A stretch of DNA of 33,680 nucleotides. Source: Malacoraja senta (Eukaryota). The notes below the pieces were generated by a model that was given only the letters and a program-made list of their open reading frames with translations, did not search any database and was not told the DNA's origin. The stretch is from contig JAXLNO010000509.1 of the NCBI GenBank assembly GCA_038087875.1, positions 1-33,680 on the forward strand, written 5' to 3'. Below are positions 11,387-20,272 of this stretch, one piece after another. The translations under genes and the position numbers were made by a program. Every line of letters begins with the position of its first letter. Positions within the stretch are counted from its first letter, which is position 1.

Positions 11387-12261
11387 TTCCATCTGATGAC
11401 TGGCTCTGTATAGTATAGAAAGCTGTGGCCAGCTGTGTATAATATCCAACCCTGTCGTTATATGTGTACAGTATCTTGCCCTGTGATCGTGTATATTATG
11501 GGATAGACTGTATACAATATCTCCTCTTTGTTTAGTGTCCACTCCTTTAATATCATCTTGCTTTATATCTCTGGGACTACATTGTATCCCAGCCAGTGAC
11601 TATCCACATGATATCTCATCATGTTAGACGCTCAATAACAAACCACTGTAATTGTTACAGCAGTAAACAAAATGCTAGCGGGACCTAGAGAGCCATCGAC
11701 AGACAACATTTCGGGTCAGGATTATTGTTCAGATCCTCATCAATCTGAGTTCCTCCAGTAGTTTATTTTTTGTTTATGATTCCAGCATCTGCATTCTCCT
11801 ATGTTGCCAATTTTGCACCTGGTTCTCCATTTACAAGTGGTGGAAAATATGACATGAAGGGCCCTGACCCGAAACGTTGACTGTCCATTTCCCTGCACAT
11901 AGTCTGCTCAATCTGTTGAGTTCCTCCAGCAGATTGTTGACTGAATCTGATAGTGTCCTGAAATTCCCATTCTGTGCTGTTGAGGTGTTGAGGAATCTAA
12001 TTGCTACTGTGTGGTCCTCAATTAAGACTATTGGGAGGTGCAAGGATTTAAAAAAGGAAAAGAGGGAAGTCATTCCTGGCTTTAGTTCAGTTGAGTTGGG
12101 ATGTCCAGAATTGAAAATGTTGGGATCCTGAGCCTGTTTGTCATCCAGCTCCAAAAGGCACTGAGTGTGTGTGCCATACGGCGCAGTGTAAACGCCAAGC
12201 TTAGCTCGCTGAGTGTACCTTCAGCTGGTCTGACGCTGTTCTTTATTCCTTCACTGGGCAG

Positions 12262-12409
12262 GTCCGTGCACTGAACCACTTCCGAATGCTGTACACTCTG
12301 GTCTGCCTCTCTGTCCTGGCTCCATGGACTGTGGTTGCTCAGTATTTATGTGGTTCTCAGTTGGTGGATAAATTGCACGAAGTATGTGGTGATCGAGGAT
12401 TTTACAGTG
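12262..12409 (+). CDS. IGF-like exon: signal peptide + B domain (VRALNHFRMLYTLVCLSVLAPWTVVA-QYLCGSQLVDKLHEVCGDRGFYS-G)
   Basis: Branch-like CTGAC at 12230-12234, pyrimidine tract, acceptor GGCAG ending at 12261, in-frame ATG at 12286, and donor G|GTAAGT at 12410 (phase 1). This is the same intron position as in vertebrate IGF genes. Not in the ORF track. Confidence 0.93.
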
Positions 12410-15400
12410 GTAAGTTCTGGTGAACACCTTCAGCTTTGCCTCGCCTGAATGTAAATCAATGTGTATGATTCCAATAGATTGACAGAGAAAGTATCCACCT
12501 TTGCGGGTTAATCATTTGGCCAATAAATTGCAGCTGTGTCCTGACACTGGGATTCCGAGCACCATAGCAGACCTCTGAGAAGTCCAACTCTCCTCCAATT
12601 CGATCCTGACTTGTCTGCATGGAGTTTACATGTTCTCCCTGTAACTACATAGATTTCCTCCGGGTGGTCTGGTTTCCTCCCACATCCTAAAGATATGCGT
12701 TTTTGAATGCAGTGGCCATTGTAAATTGCCCCCCTGCATGTCGGACAGGAGAGGAGCGGGACGGGGGGGGGGGGGCAGATGGGAATGTGGACTGTACACA
12801 TCTACTCTCTCAATCTGATCTATTCTTGTCTTTGCAGTCTTAAGACATTCCAAATTACTTTGCAGCTCAGTTGTAACTAAGGAAGGTCAGCATATTGAAA
12901 GTCCTCTTCACCACCCTGTCTAGCTGTGTCGCCACTTTCGGAGAACAATACACCTACTACGATCAAGCCAATTATCTATTCAATGAGCTGGCTTTCCTTG
13001 AATCCCATCTGATCTAAATTTCCAAAACCGTCTGTTCTGTAATACTCAGTTCAGTGCTTTAGCCTGCTCTACACCAAGGGGCCCAGATGCAGAGCTAATA
13101 TTTATACCAGATATTGGGTCTGGAGCCAAGATTAAACTAAATAAAACTTATTCTTGTGTCTAATTAAAGCCAATGTGTGCGGTGTAATATGAAAGCAGTT
13201 GATTGAATTGAATAGATTGGGTTCATTTTCAATCCAAAGCCCAACTAGATGGCAGGGAACTCGGACCGTTAGGCAGAGGACTGGACATACCTTGCATTCC
13301 TGATGGTTGGTTTGGTATTGAATGTTTCTTTTATATTTGCCACCAGCATTCAGTTCCAAAGCCTATTTTATTGACATGACTCCTCAATGGCATATGATAA
13401 CAAAGAGGAGCAAGAGAAGGCCATCCAGTCCTCCATTCATCAAGATCATGGCTGATCTTCTACCTCAGAGCCATTTTGCAGCTCACTCCTTGACGACCAG
13501 AAATCCATCAATGCCTGTCATTTAATCTATCATTTAAATGAACTCCATGGCTGAACCTTCGCTGCACTCCCGGATAGAGAATTCCAAAATTCATCTGGAT
13601 GTAAACATTTCTCCTCATCTCATTCCCAGATGAGGTGCCCATCGTTCTCAATCTGCAACCCCTGATCCTAGATTCCTCAGCCAGGGGAAACATTAGGACT
13701 GCCTTAGGACTGTATCCATCTCTGGTTTGCCTACATAAATGCCTGATATAGTCTCATAAAGTAAGAAGGAACAGCAATACATTTCAAAGCCAGGGAAGTG
13801 TGCAGGTTGGTATGGAGTTTGCTGGTGATGGGGTTCTAGTGCACTTGCTGCCCTTGCCTTTCCAGGAGGTTGAGGTGCAGAGGCACTGTCACTGAAGCCT
13901 GGCTGAGTTGCTGCAGTGAATGTGATGCAATGGTGGATTTATAGAATCCAACAGCACGGGAGCAGGCCCTTCAGCACACTGAGTTTGTGCTAGTGCAGGA
14001 TTACACAAATCCTATTTGTTTCTCCCCAAACTCCCATCAACTCTCTCCAGCTTTTACCACACATCTACACACTGGGGACAATTCACCTACCAAGAATCTC
14101 AACTGTGGGATCACACTTGAAGTTATGGGGCCTCCCTGGATTACAAGATTACAAGATGAAGAATGGTCCCGACCCGAAACGTCACCTGTCCATTTTATCC
14201 AGAGATGCCAACTGACTGCTGAGTTACTCCAGCATTTTATGTCTATCTTAGCTATAAGGAGAAGTTGGGCAAGCTTGGGTTGTTTCCTCTGGGATGTTGG
14301 AGGATGAGGGGAGTCCTGCTATAATGGCAGGCATGAATGGGAGAGATAATTTTTTTTCCACAGGGTGAAAATGTCAAATACAAGATTTAAGGTATAGATT
14401 TAAGGTGGGAGGATGGGAAGTTAAAAGGAGATTCACAAGGTAATTTGTTTTACATGGGGTGACAGGTGCCTGGATCGCACTGGTAGAATCAGATACGATA
14501 GCAACATTTAGGATACATGTAGACAGGCGCATGAACAGGGAATGGAGAGTTGCCGACTGTGTAGGCAGATGAACAGCTCAAATTGGCATCATGATCAGCG
14601 CAGATATCATGTGCCAAAATGTCTGTTCCTCAGCCATATTCTATCTTCTATGGCTGCCTTCCAGATTGGATGTTGAATTTCCAACTTTAGGTAACTCTTT
14701 CCTTCTGTCTGTATCAGAAGTGGTCATTTCTGCCATTCATCATTTTGGCTCAGTTGTTCTCTTTTTATTAGTACAATCTGACCAGCTGGATATGTTGAAC
14801 AGTCTTACTAATATCAATCTCTTACACAAGCAAAGAATCCTAATATGATGCTAACCACCATTCCTACTGCTGCTTCAACTCAATTTGTCTCATCCTATCA
14901 GAGATATTTCCTTTGCTCAACCCAGCCCTCTCCAGCTTCCCTTCTCCTGAACATATGTTGCTTTCTCACTTTCCCTGTTCTGACAAAGAGCCCTGATCTA
15001 AAACATTCTTTGACCACAGAAGCAGCCTGACCTACTATTTCCAACATTTTTTGTTTTATTTCAGTTCTCCTGTGTTTGCAGTTTTACAAAGTTTCATTCT
15101 GGCACAAAGTGAGCTGGCCCAGAGAGCCCTTCCACTGGGAAGCAAAGATCTTTGCTGGGAAGAACTGGGACTCACTGACTGAGAATGATATTGCACACAT
15201 AATGTTGGCCCAGATATGCTGAGGTTTGCTGGCTTGGAGCCTTTGTTTGCTGAGAAGTATTCTGATTGATTAGGATATAGTGAACCAGGAAATGCAATGT
15301 TCAATGTCAAGAAATAACTGTGAACTGTTCTCTGCAGGTGAGGCTACCCCGTCCTCCTCCGGCAAAAGGAGGCCAAGTAGAGGAATTGTGGATGATTGCT

Positions 15401-17874
15401 GCTTCGACGAATGCGACATAGAAAGAATAAAAAGGTACTGCAATAGTCCTGCTGCGAGATCTGTGTCTCCGTTGATCACCGACCGGCAAAAGGTGAGTGG
15501 ACAAGCTTCTGCAAGGAGTCAGCACCCCTCTGCCAAACTCACTGCTGTAAAACTCTGATTATCTGACACACAAAGCTGTGATCAGAGCAGCCTGTGTTCA
15601 GGGCTGAGCAACTGGTAGAACTGCTGCCTCACAGCACCAGAGACTGGTCTCCATCCTGACCTCGAGTGCTGTCTGTGTGGAGTTTGCAACTTTTCCCTCG
15701 GACTGCGTGGGTTTCCTGCGGGTGCTGCGATTTCCTCCATTGTTTAAAAGATGTGCTCGTTTGTAGGTTAATTAGCCTCTGTAAATTGACCCTGGTGTGT
15801 CGGGATTGGATGCAAAAGTGGGATAACTTAGAACTAGTGTGAACAGGTGATCGATGGTGAGCAAAGAATCGGTGGACTGAAGGGCCTATTTCCACACTGT
15901 ATCACTAAACTAAACTGTAATCAACATTACTATTAGTTATTTCTCCTGGTGTTGTGGAGAAAGACTGTCTGCCTGCGGGGTTTCCCAAAGCTCCAGCCTT
16001 AGGTGGTCAGAAAAACCCTGATCTTTGATTGCTGACACATTCAGCAGTAATGTGAAATATGAAGTGCTTTGTACAGGTTTTGTACACACATGACATTGTG
16101 ACTAAAGTAATCTGAACAGGAACTCCAGCATATCTACAATGAGCCCTTGCTTATACGCCGTACACCTCAACAGTCGCAGCCCACCCTGCACCAGATTCCT
16201 CTCAACCCTTGTGAGTCCATCAAACTTTCATATCAGTATATCTGTGCTTCAACCATTCAGTTGTTAATGAGCTTTATATTCTTCCCATTGACTATGTGAG
16301 GGAATTCCTCTGTGAGTCTCCATTTAGTTTGTTGGCTTATATTCTTCAGTTGCATGCAACTAGAAGCAGTTTCTACACATGCTTCCATTCCGATCACCCC
16401 AAAATTTTAAAGATCCCAATCGGGTAATTTTCATCCCCTTGAAGAGTCCCAGTTTGCTCAGTTACTCATGATAGCTGGACATTCACAGTGATGAAGACAT
16501 TCTTTTAGACCATTGTTTTGTTTCTCTTGCACCACTTTCACCTAGGAGGATCAGTAACCGGGCCGAATCCCACTTTTGCATCCAATCACAAAATCAGGGC
16601 CAAATGGCCTACTCCTGCACCTATTTTCTAACCTACGCATGATAGAACTGTGTGTTGGATGAGGTGATATGAAGCAATTAACAAAGAGAGATTACCTAGA
16701 GGGGCATTACAATTGTGGCTTTTGCCGTCCATCCTCCACGAGGGCAGCACGATGGTACAGCTGGTAGAGCCGCTGTCCTGCAGCTCCAGAAGCCCCGGTT
16801 CAATCTTGACTTTGGGTGCTATCTATGTGGAGTATGCACATTTTCACTGTAACCACATGGGCTTCCTCCAGATGCTGCGGTTTCCTCTCGCATCCTGAAG
16901 ATGTGCGGTTTGTTGGGCTAATTGACCAATCCCCTGGTGTGCAGGTGAGGGGTGGAATCTGCTGTGAGTTGAAGGGAATATGAGGAGAATAAAATATGGT
17001 TGTATAGTGCTCTGGTGAGACCACATCTGGAGTTTGGTCTCCGAATTTGAGGAAAGACATCATTGTGATTGAGGCAGTGCAGCGTAGGTTCATGAGATTG
17101 ATCCCTGCGATGGCAGGACTGTCATATGAGGAAAGATTGAAATGACTAGGCTTGTATTCACTAGAGTTTAGAAGGATGTTTCCTTATAGAAACATATACA
17201 ATTATAAAAGGACTGGACAAGCTAGATGCAGGAAAAATGTTCTCAATGTTGGATGACTCCAGAACCAGGGGCCACAGTCTTAGAATGAAGGGGAAGCCAT
17301 TTAAGACTGAGGTGAGAAAAAACGTTTTCACCCAGAGAGTTGTGAATTTGTGGAATTCCCTGCCACAGAGGGCAGTGGAGGCCAAGTCACTGGATGGATT
17401 TAAGAGAGAGTTAGATAGAGCTCTAGGGGCTAGTGAAACAAGAGATATGGGGAGAAGGTAGGCACGGGTTATTGATTGGGAACGATCAGCCATGATCACA
17501 ATGAATGGCGGTGTTGGCTCAAAGGGCTGAATGGCCTCCTCCTGCACCTATTTTCTATGTTTCTATGTAAGCTAGTGTGAATGGGAACTTGATGGTGATT
17601 GCAGGCTCGATGGGCTGAAGGACTTGTTTCTATCTTACTTTGATAATCCCGGCCCAAGCATGCAATTCTGTTCATTAAATGAGCATTGGGCAATAGGTAC
17701 AATACTTATTTTGTTTTATTTCAGGATGAATATTTGGATAAATCATATAAAAAGACCTTCAATTCTGCCAAATGGATTTCAAAATTACTGCAAAAAAAGA
17801 TGATTCCAGAGAGCGAAGATTCAAACAGAAGCAAGCATGCAAGTCGGGGCTTGAGCCCCTCCCAGAGTCAATAG
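12286..17874 (+). CDS. Spliced insulin-like growth factor family precursor (divergent IGF1/IGF3-like); join(12286..12409,15338..15492,17725..17874), 142 aa
   Basis: Three exons with GT-AG sites in compatible phases (1, then 0) assemble into signal-B-C-A-D-E order. All six insulin-fold cysteines are present (LCG..LV..L..VCGDRGFY; GIV..CC...C........YC). Orthology (igf1/igf2/igf3/other) cannot be settled by eye. Confidence 0.92.
12600..12800 (+). mobile_element. HE1-like V-SINE, degenerate
   Basis: V-domain TGGAGTTTACATGTTCTCCCTGT...TTTCCTCCGGGTGGTCTGGTTTCCTCCCACA. Confidence 0.75.
13400..13693 (-). mobile_element. Old CR1/HER1 3' fragment
   Basis: The minus strand reads MFPLAEESRIRGCRLR...EMRRN, matching the ORF2 C-terminus of other copies. 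Confidence 0.75.
14250..14650 (+). mobile_element. Old CR1 3' fragment
   Basis: Degenerate SY.E.L..LG.FPL..R.RG.L coding remnant followed by CR1-like 3' UTR. Confidence 0.6.
15338..15492 (+). CDS. IGF-like exon: C, A, D domains and start of E (EATPSSSGKRRPSR-GIVDDCCFDECDIERIKRYCN-SPAA-RSVSPLITDRQK)
   Basis: Acceptor TTCTCTGCAG ending at 15337 and donor AAG|GTGAGT at 15493. A-chain CC-x3-C-x8-C motif. RSV...TD..QK| mirrors the IGF1 E-peptide start and its exon end. Confidence 0.95.
15601..15916 (+). mobile_element. HE1-like V-SINE
   Basis: tRNA-like head (TGGTAGAACTGCTGCCTCACAGCACCAGAGAC), V-domain and (CTAAA)n tail. Confidence 0.85.
16741..17635 (+). mobile_element. HE1-like V-SINE split by a HER1 insertion
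   Basis: Head and V-domain at 16741-17000; the SINE 3' part resumes at 17568 (CTAGTGTGAATGGG..GGGCTGAAGGAC). Confidence 0.8.
17013..17567 (+). mobile_element. HER1/CR1 LINE 3' fragment
   Basis: SRTRGHSLR..FTQRVVNLWNSLP, with 3' UTR ending ATGGCCTCCTCCTGCACCTATTTTCTATGTTTCTATG. Confidence 0.92.
17725..17874 (+). CDS. IGF-like terminal exon: E peptide (DEYLDKSYKKTFNSAKWISKLLQKKMIPESEDSNRSKHASRGLSPSQSQ*)
   Basis: Strong acceptor TTTTGTTTTATTTCAG ending at 17724, phase 0 matching the upstream donor, an open basic frame with an NRS sequon, and unique sequence between repeats. No homology proof. Confidence 0.72.
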   Translation, partial: DEYLDKSYKKTFNSAKWISKLLQKKMIPESEDSNRSKHASRGLSPSQSQ

Positions 17875-18427
17875 ACAATAGACAATAGGTGCAGGAGTAG
17901 GCCATTTGAGCCAGCACCGCCATTCAATGTGATCATGGCTGATCCCCAATCAGTACCCCGTTCCTGCCTTCTCCCCATATCCCCTGACTCCACTATTTTT
18001 AAGAGCCCTATCTAGCTCTCCCTTGAAAGCATCTAGAGAACCCGCCTCCACCGCCCTCTGAGGCAGAGAATTCCACAGACTCTCCACTCTCTGTGAGAAA
18101 AAATGTTTCCTTGTCTCCGTTCTAAATGGCTTACTCATTATTTTTAAACCGTGGCCCCTGGTTCTGGACTCCCACCATCGGGAACATGTTTCCTGCCTCT
18201 AGCGTGTCCAATCCCTTAACAATCTTATATGTTTCAATGAGATATCCTCTCATCCTTCTAAACTCCAGAGTGTACAAGCCCAGCTGCTCCATTCTCTCAG
18301 CATATGACAGTCCCGCCATCCCGGGAATTAACCTTGTAAACCTACGCTGCACTCCCTCAATAACAAGAATGTCCTTCCTCAAATTAGGGGACCAAAACTG
18401 CACACAATACTCCAGGTGTGGTCTCAC
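17869..18427 (-). mobile_element. HER1/CR1 LINE 3' fragment, antisense, inserted in the IGF-like terminal exon
   Basis: RPHLEYCVQFWSP..., FFSQRVESLWNSLP, and a (CTATTGT)n tail read on + as CAATAGACAATAGACAATAG at 17869-17888. Confidence 0.93.
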
Positions 18428-19117
18428 TCCTTTAATGGCACTGCTGTAAAAGTTGCCAAAGAAGGTTCCAGAACTTCAGCGAACAAGGTTATGATAGCAC
18501 TAAGGAAGGAGAAGTGGCAGGAAGCACTAGTTCTACTGCTGTCTCCTCTTCGATGTTACTGTGAATTCAATGCTAGTGTTGGAAGTCAGAATGTAGAATT
18601 GAGCAGGAATGAACCATTCGATTTCATTCACCACTTTATATCATGCTGCTCTCCCCATTCATCTGCCTATTCAAAGTCTCATGTTCTGGCCATGAGGAAG
18701 AAACTCACAAATCCACCAGCCCAAGGCAGAGGAAATTCAAAAGGTTCAGTGTCAAGCCACCCTGTGCCTGTGCCCTGTAACTGATATCTGCTTTGATACA
18801 GGTGCTTTTTTTTTTTTTTTTTAAAGTTCCACAAAGATCATAGGTGCACCTTATTTATAGAGGAGAGTTCTGAAAATTGGCACTGGTTGATTCCAGTGGG
18901 TATTGTATGTCTGATGTCAAACTTTCTGTACTTGTATTGAATTATTTGAATGTATTCCATTCTAATTTCTCCTGTGACATAATTACAATACATCCCCTGT
19001 ATTACATTGCTACACTACATTACAGTGTGACCTTACCATAATCCATTAATATGTTAGAAAACACAATATTGCATCACTCATCCGCTGATTTTCAATAGTC
19101 ACAGCGGATGAGTCTCT

Positions 19118-19868
19118 AGGGGGGCGCCGGAGGAGGGAGATGGCAGCCCTGCCGGCAGTCTGGGTTTTTTTCTCATCCTTTTTGTTATTTTTAGCTTTTG
19201 TTTAAAGTTTGTTTTAATGTTCTTCCATTTGTTTTATGTGGGGGGAGGAGGGGTGGGTCGGGGGAAACTTTTTTTTCAGGTTCTTACCTTCCCGGAGAGG
19301 TGATCAATTTTCGTATCACATTCTCCAGGCTCTGCGGCCTACCATCGCTGGAGCTGGAAGCCGCCTCGGACTCTCATGAGCCCCACCACGGGGCGCGGAC
19401 TTACCATCGGAGTGGATCCCTTGCCTGGTATCGCTCCCACTGCGGACTTACCATCAGGGGCTCACTGTCTCGGGAGAGGCAAGTCGGGAGCTCCAATGCC
19501 GCAGAAGGTTCGTCCAGCCCCGACGCGAGGTTTGATCGCCCGGCGCGGGGGAGCTGACAACCCCCCGATGCAGGAGCTGAACGCCTCGATGCAGAGGGCC
19601 CGAACGTCGCTGGCTACGGGACTCAAGACCGTCCCGTCAATGGGGGGCTCGAGGCCTCCGACCAAGGAAGAACAACAAGGGAAGGACTTGGAACTTTATT
19701 TTCGCCTTCCATCACAGTGTGGAATGTGTAGGAGTCACTGTGATGGATGTTTATGTTAAAATGTGTTTTTTGAGTCTGTTGCTTTTTAAAATTGTATGAC
19801 TGACCTGGCCAGTGAATTTCACTACACCAATTGGTTTATGTGGCAATAAATGAACTTATGATTATATG
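19118..19868 (+). mobile_element. GC-rich non-autonomous retroposon with Rex1/Babar-like 3' end
   Basis: CpG-rich body ending AATTTCACTACACCAATTGGTTTATGTGGCAATAAA plus a short tandem tail. Family assignment is from memory only. Confidence 0.4.
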
Positions 19869-20272
19869 CTTTATAAACCCAAATATTTTCTCAGCTTTAT
19901 ATTTTCAACGTGCAAAGTAACAAAAAGGGAGAGTTCCATTGGTCCATCATCATTTGGGAACCAAAGTTAATGACAAATGTTTATTCACTTAATCATAGTC
20001 ACCACGTGACTGATTAAACCTTATTTTTACTTGGTAGCAGTTCCATTCCTCCCCGGAGCTGTTTTGATTAAGTCAAAGCAAAGTGCCCACACAATCCTGA
20101 ACTAGACTTCAGGCTCCTTCATCACTCACCATTCAATTTCCCTTTCACCCCAGCTTCAGCTTATTGTCTGCAGAACCTCCTGTCTGAACTTCCACTCTCT
20201 TCATCTTTAAAAATGTATACTGGAATTTCTCCACTCAACCATTTAGCCACACTATCACTTTCTACCCCTAAA

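Larger units (their letters stand above)
9840..11600. repeat. Highly degenerate ~30-33 bp minisatellite (consensus like TGTGTACAATATTCCACCCTGTGAC)
   Basis: Recurrent TACAATATTCCA/CTGTGA motifs, clearest at 10975-11195, interrupted by Penelope-type inserts. Confidence 0.6.

Noticed and set aside
15280..15337. ORF-track start MNQEMQCS... as the N-terminus of the IGF-like protein
   Set aside because: Intronic. The acceptor at 15337 and the phase-matched B-domain exon explain the gene.
16741..16815. tRNA gene
   Set aside because: tRNA-derived SINE head continuing into a V-domain; no full cloverleaf.
12286..17874. Assigning the symbol ins, igf1, igf2 or igf3
   Set aside because: D/E domains and the short C domain argue against classical insulin, and the divergence prevents a choice among IGFs without phylogeny and synteny.
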